From an uncultured delta proteobacterium (GTDB lineage: Bacteria > Myxococcota > Kuafuiibacteriia > Kuafuiibacteriales > Kuafuiibacteriaceae), in NCBI GenBank assembly GCA_963803435.1, contig CAWDML010000004.1, positions 160,001 to 224,000 on the forward strand: a stretch of DNA of 64,000 bases, in the 5' to 3' direction. Position numbers and translations under genes: made by a program. This document shows, one piece after another, positions 1-9,608 of the stretch. The stretch's first letter is position 1, and every line of letters begins with the position of its first letter. The notes below the pieces were generated by a model. The model saw only the letters and a program-made list of their open reading frames with translations. It was not told the origin of the DNA and did not search any database.

Positions 1-1330
1 TTCCTCGTCGAGAGCCTGAAGGTCGAGAACCACCGATCCTCGACCCGCAACACCGAGCTCGAGGAGGCCCGGCTTCGGGAGCGGCGCGCGCAGGCGGCGG
101 AGTTGACCGCTGCGCTGCAGGAGAGCCTCCCGCTCGAATCTCTCGTTCGCATCGCCCGATCCCGATCTCGGCGCGCTCCTCGTGCGCACGCTCGAGCTGC
201 TCGACGCCACCGATCCGCTCCAGCGTCGCGCCGGCTACGAGGCGATGCGGGCGTTCTTGGCCGAGGTGGAGACGCGCCGGGGCTCGGCCGCTCCCGAGCG
301 GGCGCGGCGCTTCCGGATGGTGGAGGACGGCGCCCGGTTGCTGGCGCTATTGACGGCGGATCGGCGGTGGGATCCGAAGCCGCGGGATCTGTTCGTCGTG
401 GTGCCGCACCTCGAGATCCAGGCGCAGCCGTACGTGGGGAGCTTCCGCTCCCTGGTCGAGTACACGTACGTCACGGACGTCTCGGCCGCGCTGCTCGCGA
501 TCGCCCTGGCCAGGCGGGAGCTGGGTGCGAGGAGCCCGCCCGAAGCACCGGCCGCGGTCGTCGAGGAGGCCCGCCAGTACGAGCGCGCGTCTCGCTATGC
601 GGGCGTCGATCTGCTCGGCGTCGGCGGCTCCAACCGCGGCCTGGTGATCTCCGGCGCGCTCTACGACGAAGCACTGGGCGATCGGCGCCGCCACGGGTTC
701 GCGCCCGACACTGCGCTCTCGGTCGGCGCCAGCGACGTGGTGTGGGGCTGGCAGGACGGACATCCCGAGGTCGTGGAGAGCCGCACCCGCATCTTCGGCT
801 TCCGTACCCTGCGGCCGGCCTTCGACGTGCTGGGCCCGCTGCTCTCGCACGTCGGCTTCGAGCTCGCGATCGATCTCGACACCATGCGGCCCCCCCGCGA
901 CCCCGAAGCCTCCTGGATCCGCGGCGAGCTGCGCGCCGGTGTGCTGGTGCCGGTGCTCGCCTCCGGCGATCTCGCCGATCACCTGCTCGTGCGGCTGGGA
1001 GCCTCCCTCATGGGCTTCGCGATCCACGAGGGCCCGGACACCGGCGGCGTCGGGATCCCGGTCGGCCTCGAGGCGAGGTTCGAGCTGGGCCCGGTGATCG
1101 CGAACGTCGACACGACCGCCACACCCCTGATCGATCCGACCCATGGCGACGTGCACGTGGTGGCGGCGGCGATCTGCCGGCTTCGGGTGCCGATCTATGA
1201 TCGCCTGGTGCTCCCGTGGCGGGGGAACGTCGGGATCAGCCTGGAGGCCTCTGCGCGCGCCGCTTATTCCGAGGTGCCGGGCGCAGACGGCTCATTCGCG
1301 AGGGTCGACGCGGGGGTGCGGATCGAATGA
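1..1330 (+). CDS. Hypothetical protein, 5'-truncated by the window edge; C-terminus resembles an outer-membrane beta-strand end
   Basis: Frame 1 is open from base 1 (FLVESLKVENH...). Removing one A at GAATC 136-140 joins it to ORF 182..1330 (..PLDLSFASPDPDLGALLVRTLE..). Its stop overlaps the next ATG (ATGA at 1327-1330). Confidence 0.6.
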
Positions 1331-1965
1331 TGATCGAGCTCGCCATGCCCAGGGTGGTCCTCCTGCTCCTCCTGTCCGGATGTGTCCCCGACTTCCAGCT
1401 GGGGCTGCACACCTTCGCCGGCGGCGAGGACGGGGGTCTGGCGCAGAAGGACGCCCAAGCGCTGGACGCGGACGAAAGGGACGCGCTGACCCAGGACGCG
1501 CTGACCCAGGACGCGCTGACCCAGGACGCCGCCGTCGAGGACGCCGACCTCGACCCTGACACGGGGGAGCACCCCGACGCGATCGTGGACTCCGGCGAAC
1601 ATCCCGACGCCATGGCCGGCGAGATCTGCAACAACCAGATCGACGACGACGGGGACATGGCGATCGACTGCGCCGACGACGAGTGCGGCGTGGCCGTGTG
1701 CCCCGATGACGACCAGAACGACTGCACGATGGCCTACTGCTCCCCCCAGGGTGTGTGCGGAACCATCCCGAGCAACGCGGTGGGGCCGGGCTGGGAGTGC
1801 CGCGGGACCGTGAAGCACGAGGTCTCGACCGCGTGCCAGAACGGCCTCGACGACGACGATGACACCCTGGCCGACTGCCACGACGAGGAGGACTGCTCCT
1901 GTGGTCTCTTGGGGACCAACCTGACCTGCTGTCCCACCGGGGAGTGTCGCCTGCTCTGTCTGTAA
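1327..1965 (+). CDS. Cys/Asp-rich lipoprotein
   Basis: Hydrophobic signal with lipobox LLSGC, Asp-rich linker, and two myxobacterial-type motifs (CNNQIDDDGDMAIDCAD and CQNGLDDDDDTLADCHD). Start inferred from the ATGA overlap. Confidence 0.7.
   Translation: MMIELAMPRVVLLLLLSGCVPDFQLGLHTFAGGEDGGLAQKDAQALDADERDALTQDALTQDALTQDAAVEDADLDPDTGEHPDAIVDSGEHPDAMAGEICNNQIDDDGDMAIDCADDECGVAVCPDDDQNDCTMAYCSPQGVCGTIPSNAVGPGWECRGTVKHEVSTACQNGLDDDDDTLADCHDEEDCSCGLLGTNLTCCPTGECRLLCL
1480..1524 (+). repeat. 15-bp tandem repeat GACGCGCTGACCCAG x3 (DALTQ x3)
   Basis: Three perfect in-frame copies read directly from the sequence. Confidence 0.9.
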
Positions 1966-2013
1966 CTTTTTCTCGATCCCGGGAGCGAGGTCCCGGCGAA
2001 GGGGTGAGGGACG

Positions 2014-5000
2014 ATGCGCGGTACCCTCGCTCTCGCAGTCTCTCTCGCCTTCGTGGCCACCACCGCCGATGCCCAGCAGCTCCTCGGCTGTGGGCTGCTC
2101 GACCTGAGCGGCGATGCGGACAGCGACGGGCTCAGCAACGGCTGGGAGACGGGCTGTCAAAACAATCGCTCGAGCTGCACCGACACCGACTCGGACGACG
2201 ATCGGATCCTGGATCCGGTCGAGGCGAGCCCAGGTCAGGAGCGCGACTCCGACAACGACGGGATCATCGACTCCTGTGACACCGACAGCGACAACGACGG
2301 GATCTCGGATCTGATCGAATCGGGCTGCGTCTCGGCGTGCAGCAATCCGGTCGACACCGACAACGACGGCGCTCCCGACTACCGCGACACCGACAGCGAC
2401 AATGACGGCCGGCTCGACGCCGACGAGGGGCAGGGCGACGACGATGGCGACGGCCTACCCAACTGGCGCGACGCCAACGACCGCGATGGTCCGCTCGGCG
2501 ATCTCGACGGCGATGCGGTGCTCAACCCCGCCGATAACTGTCCGAGCGATGCGAACGCCAACCAGACCGACACCGACGGAGACGGAATGGGGGATGCGTG
2601 CGATCCGGACGATGACGACGACGGTGTCCCCGATCAGAGCGACAACTGCCCGCTGATCCCGAATGCGGCCCAGACCGATCTGGAGAGCGACGGCATCGGC
2701 GACATCTGCGACCCGGACGACGACAACGACGACGTCCCCGACGATCTCGATAACTGCCCCGTCGACGCCAACCCCGGCCAGGAGGACGCGGATGGCGATG
2801 GGCTCGGCGACCCCTGCGATCTGGTGGGCGATCGGGACGAGGACGCGGACGGCGTGCAGGACGATCGCGACAACTGCCCCGGCGTCTACAACCCGGACCA
2901 GGCGGACCTCGACGGCGACCGCCAGGGCGATCTCTGCGACGACGATGACGACGACGACGGCGTGGACGACGGCGTGGACGACTGCCCGCGGCTCTCGAAC
3001 CACGATCAGGCCGACCTCGATCACGACGGTCAGGGCGATGCGTGCGACGCGGACGACGACAACGACCTGATCGAAGACGTCGACGACAACTGCCCGCGGC
3101 TCGCCAACGCAGCCCAGGAGGACGCGGATCAGGACGGGCTCGGCGACGTGTGCGATCCGGACGACGACGCCGACGGGATCGACGACGCGGTCGACAACTG
3201 CCTCGGCGTGTTCAACCCAACGCAGGTCGACGATGACCACGACGGCAAGGGCGACGCCTGCGACGTCAACGACACGGACCACGACGGCATCGAGGACAGC
3301 ATCGACAATTGCCCGACGATCGCGAACTCCGATCAGGCGGATCTGGATCAGGACGGCGCCGGCGATGCCTGCGACGACGACGCGGATGGGGACGGCGCGG
3401 TCGACGCCAACGCCGACAACTGCGTGGGCCTGGCGAACGATCAGAGCGACCTCGACGGTGACGGCCTGGGTGACGCCTGCGACGACGACACCGACGGTGA
3501 CGGCGTGAGCGACGCGCGAGAGGACACGCTGGGTACCGATCCGCGCGACGCGAACGACCTTCCGGTGGCCCGCGGCGGCGGCTGTACGACCGCGGAGGGC
3601 GTGCTCGAGACCAACCTGCTCCTCCTGCTCGGGCTCGGCCTCCTCACGCGGCGCCGTGCTGGCCTGCTCGCGCTGCTCGGCGTGCTCGCGGGCGGCCGCG
3701 CCTACGCACAGGTGGACGCTCAGACGCTCCGCCCGAACGCGATGGATCGGGGAGGCGCTGCCGTCGAGAGCACCGCGGTGCTCCCCAAGTTCGGCTTTCA
3801 GGCGGCGATCTGGGGCGGCCACGCCGGCCACCCGGTCGAGCTCGTCGGCGACGACGGCCGGCGCGTGGGGGGCGTGATCGACGGCCTCTCCACCGTCGAC
3901 CTCCGCCTCACGCTCGGCCTCCCGGCCGGCTTCGAGCTCTCCACGCTCCTGCCGGTTCAGGTGATGACCGCGGGCGGTCCGGCGGCGGTCTCGGGCGCCG
4001 GGATCGGCGACTGGAGCGTCTCCGTGAAGTGGTTGGCGCTCGATCCGAGCGCATGGCCGGTCGGCCTCTCGGGCCGCGCCGAGCTCTTTCTTCCCACCGG
4101 CGATCGGGATCGTCTCGGCGGCGACGGCGGCATCGGCGGCGCGCTCGGCGTGGCGGTCGATCGCGCGCTCGGACCCGTGCTCCTGGCGGCCAACTTCGGC
4201 GCCCGCGTCCGCGACGGCTCCCACACGTTCGAGGGCACCTCGATCGGCCAGCAGCTCACCTACGGTGCGGTGGCGGATTGGGAGATCATCGAGGACCTCC
4301 ACGTGGCCGGAGAGGTGTTCGGCGCCCTCGGGATCAGCCGCGGCTCGGGTGCCAGCCCGCTCGAGGCGATCGGGTCGGCGCGCTACCGGGTGGGGCCGGT
4401 GCTCTTCGCCGCGGGCGGCGGTGCGGGGCTGAACGACGCCCTGGGCGCGCCGGCCTGGCGCGTGTTCGGCGCCATCGGCGTCTCGATCGAGCCCACCAAT
4501 GACCTGGAGTCGGACCGCGACGGCGACGGGATCATCGACATCCGCGATGGCTGCATCGACCTCCCGGAGGACCGGGACGGCTTCCAGGACAACGACGGCT
4601 GCCCCGACCCGGACAACGACGAGGACGGCATCCCCGACGTCAAGGACGCCTGCATGTTCGTAGCGGAGGACCTCGACGGTTTCCAGGACGAGGACGGCTG
4701 CCCCGACACCGACGACGACGGCGACGGCATCGTCAATCAAGCTGACAGCTGCCCCCGACAGCCCGAGACCTTCAACCGCTTCCAGGACGAGGACGGCTGT
4801 CCCGACACGGCGCCCAAGTATCTGTTCGAGGTGGGTGAGCGCCTGGTCTTCCGCGACATCCAGTTCCAGCCCAACAGCTACGAGCTCCTGGTGGAGTCGT
4901 ATCCGGTGCTCGACGAGATCGTGAAGTCGCTCCAGGAGCAGCCCGAGGTGAGCATCCGCGTCGAGGGCCACACCGACGGCCAGGGCGACGCCAAGGACAA

Positions 5001-5184
5001 CCTGGTGCTGTCCCAGCAGCGCGCGCTCGCGGTGGTCAACTATCTGGTCTCGGCGGGCGTCGATCCCAAGCGCGTCGACCACACGGGCTTCGGTGACACG
5101 CGGCCCATCGCGGACAACGACACCCCCGAGAACCGCGCGCTCAATCGTCGCGTCGAGCTGGTCACGTTGGAGAGGGGCCGGTGA
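2014..5184 (+). CDS. Thrombospondin type 3 repeat protein with an internal MYXO-CTERM-like motif, fused to a TraB-like beta-barrel/TSP3/OmpA module
   Basis: Signal peptide, many DNCP..N..Q.D.D.DG.GD.CD repeats, GGGC-hydrophobic-RRR at ~3571-3660, a beta-strand-rich region, D.DGFQDEDGCPD repeats, and a C-terminal OmpA domain (VEGHTD...LSQQRA...NRRVE). Confidence 0.85.
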   Translation: MRGTLALAVSLAFVATTADAQQLLGCGLLDLSGDADSDGLSNGWETGCQNNRSSCTDTDSDDDRILDPVEASPGQERDSDNDGIIDSCDTDSDNDGISDLIESGCVSACSNPVDTDNDGAPDYRDTDSDNDGRLDADEGQGDDDGDGLPNWRDANDRDGPLGDLDGDAVLNPADNCPSDANANQTDTDGDGMGDACDPDDDDDGVPDQSDNCPLIPNAAQTDLESDGIGDICDPDDDNDDVPDDLDNCPVDANPGQEDADGDGLGDPCDLVGDRDEDADGVQDDRDNCPGVYNPDQADLDGDRQGDLCDDDDDDDGVDDGVDDCPRLSNHDQADLDHDGQGDACDADDDNDLIEDVDDNCPRLANAAQEDADQDGLGDVCDPDDDADGIDDAVDNCLGVFNPTQVDDDHDGKGDACDVNDTDHDGIEDSIDNCPTIANSDQADLDQDGAGDACDDDADGDGAVDANADNCVGLANDQSDLDGDGLGDACDDDTDGDGVSDAREDTLGTDPRDANDLPVARGGGCTTAEGVLETNLLLLLGLGLLTRRRAGLLALLGVLAGGRAYAQVDAQTLRPNAMDRGGAAVESTAVLPKFGFQAAIWGGHAGHPVELVGDDGRRVGGVIDGLSTVDLRLTLGLPAGFELSTLLPVQVMTAGGPAAVSGAGIGDWSVSVKWLALDPSAWPVGLSGRAELFLPTGDRDRLGGDGGIGGALGVAVDRALGPVLLAANFGARVRDGSHTFEGTSIGQQLTYGAVADWEIIEDLHVAGEVFGALGISRGSGASPLEAIGSARYRVGPVLFAAGGGAGLNDALGAPAWRVFGAIGVSIEPTNDLESDRDGDGIIDIRDGCIDLPEDRDGFQDNDGCPDPDNDEDGIPDVKDACMFVAEDLDGFQDEDGCPDTDDDGDGIVNQADSCPRQPETFNRFQDEDGCPDTAPKYLFEVGERLVFRDIQFQPNSYELLVESYPVLDEIVKSLQEQPEVSIRVEGHTDGQGDAKDNLVLSQQRALAVVNYLVSAGVDPKRVDHTGFGDTRPIADNDTPENRALNRRVELVTLERGR

Positions 5185-6635
5185 GCGCAGTGGCAACCTT
5201 CGAAGGCGAGCCGGTCGAGCTCCACCCGGGCGACTGTCTGGCGGGGCGGTACCGGATCCTCAGCGTCCTCGGATCGGGCGGAATGGCGACGGTCTACAAG
5301 GCGACCGACCTACGCCTGAAGCGCGACGTCGCGATCAAGGTGGTGCTCCCGGAGCTCCGCAAGAACTGGAAGACGCTCCAGCGCTTCATGCGCGAGGCGC
5401 AGGCGATGGCGGCGCTCGACTCCCCGCGGGTCGTGCCGGTCTATGACGTGGGCCAGGACGGCGATCGGTACTTCATGGTGATGAAGCTGATCGACGCCCC
5501 CTCGCTCGCCGATCTCCTCGAGCTGGGCGCGATCCCGGAGCACCGCGCGCTCGCGCTGGTGGCCTCTGTCGTAGAGGGCCTGCGCGATCTCCACGCCAAG
5601 GGGATCGTGCATCGTGACGTGAAGCCGTCCAACGTGGTGGTCGAGGACGGCGACCGCCCGATGCTGCTCGACTTCGGAATCGTCCTCGAGGTCGGCGAGC
5701 CTTCGCTGACGCAAGAGGGGATGCTCGTCGGCACGCCGCACTACATGGCTCCGGAGCAGATCTTCACGCCGACGCAGGTCGACGGACGCGCCGACCTCTA
5801 CGCGGTGGGCGTCCTGCTCTTCGAGGTGCTCACCGGGCGGCTCCCCTATCAGGGCCGGACCCCGCAGGCCTTGATGCAGAGCCACATCAGCGACGATGTG
5901 CCGGACCCGAAGCAGCTGCGCCCCAGCCTCTCGAGAGCGACCACCGCGATCGTACGGCGGGCGCTCACCAAGGATTTGACGAAGCGCTTTCAGAACGCCG
6001 ACCAGCTGCTCGACGCATTGCGGGCGGTCGTGCCCGATGATCCGGCGTACGCCGAGACCGAGGATCTCGAGCCGGAGGAGACCGAAGGGCCCGCACCCCG
6101 GGATCACTTCGTGCTGGCGGTGATCGGCGCGGTGCTGCTGGCGATCGCGGCCTACGTGATCGTGTCGCCCCCCTTCGCGCGGAAGCCGCAGCCGATCGTG
6201 GCCGAGGTGATCCGCCCCCTCGTCCCCCCACCGGCTCCGCCGCCGCCGGCGGATCCCGAGCCGACGCCCGCACCCCCACCCGATCCCCCGCCGGCCCTCG
6301 AGGTGCACCCGCGCCCGCCCCCGCGACGGCGGTCCAAGCCCGTGGTCGAGCGTGAGGTGGTTCTCGCAGCGCTGCCGTCGAACGACCAGGCGGTGAAGGA
6401 GGCGCAGGGAATGGTCGAGGGAGGCGACCTCCGCGGCGCGATCCGGGCGCTGACGCGGGCCATCCAGCAGAACCCGTCGTCGCCGGCGCCGTATCCGACC
6501 TTGGGTGACGCCTACGCACTCACCGGCAACAAAATTGCTGCCATCGCCGCTTATCGACGATATCTCGCGCTGAGCCCTCACGGGAAAGGCGCGAAGCGGG
6601 TCGAGGCGGCCCTGGCGAGATTGGGTGGGCGCTGA
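5181..6635 (+). CDS. Membrane Ser/Thr protein kinase with Pro-rich linker and C-terminal TPR
   Basis: GSGGMATVY, VAIK, HRDVKPSN, DFG and GTPHYMAPE motifs, then a TM helix and a TPR-like tail. Confidence 0.9.
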   Translation: MSAVATFEGEPVELHPGDCLAGRYRILSVLGSGGMATVYKATDLRLKRDVAIKVVLPELRKNWKTLQRFMREAQAMAALDSPRVVPVYDVGQDGDRYFMVMKLIDAPSLADLLELGAIPEHRALALVASVVEGLRDLHAKGIVHRDVKPSNVVVEDGDRPMLLDFGIVLEVGEPSLTQEGMLVGTPHYMAPEQIFTPTQVDGRADLYAVGVLLFEVLTGRLPYQGRTPQALMQSHISDDVPDPKQLRPSLSRATTAIVRRALTKDLTKRFQNADQLLDALRAVVPDDPAYAETEDLEPEETEGPAPRDHFVLAVIGAVLLAIAAYVIVSPPFARKPQPIVAEVIRPLVPPPAPPPPADPEPTPAPPPDPPPALEVHPRPPPRRRSKPVVEREVVLAALPSNDQAVKEAQGMVEGGDLRGAIRALTRAIQQNPSSPAPYPTLGDAYALTGNKIAAIAAYRRYLALSPHGKGAKRVEAALARLGGR

Positions 6636-7275
6636 CCGTGACACGGCGTGGAGTCGAACCTTGCCTTTGCTCACCGAAGACCGAGCGCTGCTGGCGGCGT
6701 TCCGCGCCGGAGAGCGATCGGCCCTCGAGACGGTGTATCACCACTACGTCGCCGGCGTGGCGCGACGGCTGCGGATGGGCTTCGCCGTGGGCGGCGCTCG
6801 CGGCGCTGTGCTGTTCGGCTTCCACCAACCGTTCGAGCTCGAGTCCGCGCTTCAGGAGGTCTTCCTCCGCGCGTTCAAGGAGAGCGCCCGCCTCTCGTAC
6901 GACGGGCTCCGGCCCTACAAGGACTTTTTGGCCGGCATCACGAAGCACGTGGCGCTCGACGAGCTCCGGCGTCGCTCGCGACGGAGGACCGAGTCGATGA
7001 GCGATCTCGATCTCGATCGGGTGGCGCTGATCGATCCGGAGGTGAGCCCGGAGGCGACGCTCGAGTCGAAACAGGCGATCCAGACCGTCAGCACGTTCCT
7101 GGAGAAGGAGTGCGACGAGCGCGATCGACGCCTCTATGAGCTCCGCTATCACGACGAGCGGTCACAGGAAGACGTCGCTCGCACCGCCGGTCTCACGCGG
7201 ATCCAGATCCGCCGGTGGGAGACCAAGTTCCGGAGCCGAATGCTCAAGTATTTGAAGAGGGTGAGGTATGTCTGA
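6625..7275 (+). CDS. ECF-type RNA polymerase sigma factor (true start may be TTG at 6661)
   Basis: LLAAFRAGERSALETVY, LQEVFLRAF (region 2) and a region-4 HTH (RSQEDVARTAGLT). Overlaps the downstream anti-sigma gene. Confidence 0.8.
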   Translation: MGADRDTAWSRTLPLLTEDRALLAAFRAGERSALETVYHHYVAGVARRLRMGFAVGGARGAVLFGFHQPFELESALQEVFLRAFKESARLSYDGLRPYKDFLAGITKHVALDELRRRSRRRTESMSDLDLDRVALIDPEVSPEATLESKQAIQTVSTFLEKECDERDRRLYELRYHDERSQEDVARTAGLTRIQIRRWETKFRSRMLKYLKRVRYV

Positions 7276-8056
7276 CCATCCCTGTGAGCCGCGCTATCAG
7301 AAGATGATCGACAAGGCGTTCGTCGGCGAGCTCACCGACGAGCGCTGGCGCGAGCTCTTCGCCCACCTCGCCGAGTGCGACGGTTGCCGCGCCTACCACG
7401 ATCGGCTGGGCTTGATCGACGAGGCGATGGCGGCCGGTCCGCTGCCCGGGTCGATGCGCGCGCGGATCGCACAGCGCGTGATCACCGCGGGCGCTCCACC
7501 GCCGCGCGCGCGCCTGTCGTTCGGCACGATCGTCTCCTATGCGTCGGCCGCCGCCGTGGTGGTGCTGGCGGTGATGCTCCCTTTCGCCGTAAGGGACGGA
7601 GAGTTCACCGCGCGCGGTGGTGAATCGAAGTGGGGCGGCCGTCCCCCGGGGCTGTCGCTCTTCTGCATCACGCCGCCGGCGTCGCCCGCGGACGCCGCGC
7701 TCGTCGATCGCACCGTGCAGGCCGCGCCCGAGGGTCGCCCGCCCCCGGTCCTGCCCTGCCGGCTCGATCAGGATCTCCAAATCGCGTACTCGACGCCGGC
7801 CGATCGCCCGCTCTTTTTGACCGTCGAGGGCGAGACCGAGGCCGAGCCGCACTGGTACGCGCCGCGCTCGCCGGACGAGGGCCCGGTGCGGCTCGAGCTC
7901 GACGCGGCGGGCCGGGCGCTGGGCTGGAGCACGCGTCTCGCCGTGCACCACGAGGTCGGGACGGTCCGGGTGGTGGCCCGGTTCTTCGATGATCCGACCG
8001 GCGAGACGGCCGTGGAGCAGCTGGTTGCCCTGTTGGAGGTTCGACCGGAGGAATAG
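7268..8056 (+). CDS. Zinc-binding (zf-HC2) transmembrane anti-sigma factor
   Basis: HLAECDGC (HxxxCxxC), a TM segment and an extracytoplasmic domain, directly after the ECF sigma. Confidence 0.8.
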   Translation: MSDHPCEPRYQKMIDKAFVGELTDERWRELFAHLAECDGCRAYHDRLGLIDEAMAAGPLPGSMRARIAQRVITAGAPPPRARLSFGTIVSYASAAAVVVLAVMLPFAVRDGEFTARGGESKWGGRPPGLSLFCITPPASPADAALVDRTVQAAPEGRPPPVLPCRLDQDLQIAYSTPADRPLFLTVEGETEAEPHWYAPRSPDEGPVRLELDAAGRALGWSTRLAVHHEVGTVRVVARFFDDPTGETAVEQLVALLEVRPEE

Positions 8057-8185
8057 AGGAGGTCCCCCTCGAACAATGCTCCCGTGCCACAGTCGCCATC
8101 GTTGCTGGGAGTACTGAGCGATCCCACCTTGACAGCCCTCTCGGCTCCTCTGAATCCTGGTGCGTCCTTTCGACAGAGGAGAAAG

Positions 8186-8962
8186 ATGGAACGAGCTGAA
8201 GAGACCACCCTCTCATCGTCGGGTGCAGTGAAGAAGGAACAGACGGCGGTTGTCGACACGAAGCGGTTGCACCCCGTCTTCGCCGGCGTGAGCGTCGCGA
8301 ACCTGGTTTTGCTCGCCGCCCTGGTCTGGTCGAGCCGCAACATCGCCAGCAGTGTCGAGGAAGCTCATGTGGTTCTGCGCAATCACGCGAACGCGGTCCA
8401 GGATGTGAAGAACGAAGTGCACGCCCTGGGCGAGAAGAACGCGAAGCTCGAGCAGGAGGTCGCGCAGCTCGCCGAGGTGGTCTCCACCAGCTCCTCCGAG
8501 GACGTCCTCTTCCTGAAGATCGTGATCACCAAGCGGGGCATCGATCGGAAGCTGGCCCGGCAGATCGCCCAGCACGTGAACAAGTACTCTCGGATCTACG
8601 GGCAGGACCCGGATCTGGTCCTGGCGATCATCGCGATCGAGTCCGACTTCGACCCGCGGGCGCGGTCGAGCGCCGGTGCGGTCGGCCTGATGCAGGTCAT
8701 GCCCCAGTGGAAGCAAGTTCTCGGAATTCGTGAAGAGTTGAGCGATCCGGAGACCTCGATCCGGTACGGTCTCCAGGTGCTCGGCTTCTACCGCAACATG
8801 TATGGGGACCTGGAGATGGCGCTGACGGCTTACAACCGGGGTCCCGGCCCGGTGGACGCCGCCCTCAACCGAGGCGTCAGCCCCCACAACAAGTACGCGC
8901 CGCGCGTGCTCGAGACCTATCGGGAGCTTCGCTCTCTCAAGGTGGGACGCGAAATCACCTGA
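8186..8962 (+). CDS. Lytic transglycosylase (SLT domain) with N-terminal TM and coiled coil
   Basis: AIIAIESDFDPRARSSAGAVGLMQVMP and ALTAYNRGPG motifs. ATG 8186 follows an AGAGGAG Shine-Dalgarno-like site. Confidence 0.88.
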   Translation: MERAEETTLSSSGAVKKEQTAVVDTKRLHPVFAGVSVANLVLLAALVWSSRNIASSVEEAHVVLRNHANAVQDVKNEVHALGEKNAKLEQEVAQLAEVVSTSSSEDVLFLKIVITKRGIDRKLARQIAQHVNKYSRIYGQDPDLVLAIIAIESDFDPRARSSAGAVGLMQVMPQWKQVLGIREELSDPETSIRYGLQVLGFYRNMYGDLEMALTAYNRGPGPVDAALNRGVSPHNKYAPRVLETYRELRSLKVGREIT

Positions 8963-9608
8963 CCGGCCGTCGCCTTCGCGCGACCAGGAAGACCTCCCGG
9001 CTGCCGTCTCGGGTCGCCTCCGGCTTCAAGAGCTTCACGTCCTCGAAGACCGCCTTCACGTCCTTCACCAGGTCGTCGGTGTCGTGGCCCTGGAACAGCT
9101 TGGCCACGAAGTACCCGCCGGGCCGGACGATCGCGCTCGAGAGCGCCAGCGCGTGCCGGACCAGACCCACCGACTTCGCCTGGTCCGCGTCCCGGATCCC
9201 GGTCAGCTTGTGCGCCATGTCCGAGACCACGCCGTCGACCTGAAAGCTGGGCGGTAGGGGACCCTCGGGTGGGGGCTTGCCTTTGACGCGGGCGGACAGC
9301 GCCGCCACGTCGCCGCGCACACGCTCGGGATCCAGGGCGGTCACATCGGCCACGAAGGCTTCGGTGTTGGGCGCGCCCACCGAGACCGGCTCCAGGTCGT
9401 AGCCGACCACGCACCCCTTCTTGCCCACGGCTCCGGCCAGATACTGGAGCCACGAGCCGGGCGCTGCGCCCAGATCGACGACGCGATCACCTTTCGAGAA
9501 GAGGGGGTGGCGACGATCGATCTCTTCGAGCTTGTAGATCGAGCGCGCGACGTACTGGTCCTTCTTCGCCTTTTGGAAGAAGCGATCTTGAGGGCGGTAC
9601 TTGGACAA
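8955..9608 (-). CDS. rlmE: 23S rRNA Um2552 methyltransferase RlmE (FtsJ/RrmJ)
   Basis: ARSIYKLEEID, VVDLGAAPGSW, VVSDMA, AKLFQG and KPEATR..SRE motifs. Confidence 0.92.
   Translation of the reverse strand: MSKYRPQDRFFQKAKKDQYVARSIYKLEEIDRRHPLFSKGDRVVDLGAAPGSWLQYLAGAVGKKGCVVGYDLEPVSVGAPNTEAFVADVTALDPERVRGDVAALSARVKGKPPPEGPLPPSFQVDGVVSDMAHKLTGIRDADQAKSVGLVRHALALSSAIVRPGGYFVAKLFQGHDTDDLVKDVKAVFEDVKLLKPEATRDGSREVFLVARRRRPVR

Noticed and set aside
2100-3560. Highly repetitive GACGACGAC-rich DNA considered as a CRISPR or non-coding array
   Set aside because: The repeats are degenerate, in frame and encode TSP3 Asp-rich motifs; there is no constant repeat with unique spacers.
2455-5196. 913-aa antisense ORF, and similar long shadow ORFs (49981..52917, 34372..36771, 17243..19495, 26805..28781)
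   Set aside because: They overlap well-supported genes, lack motifs and are expected from high-GC codon bias.
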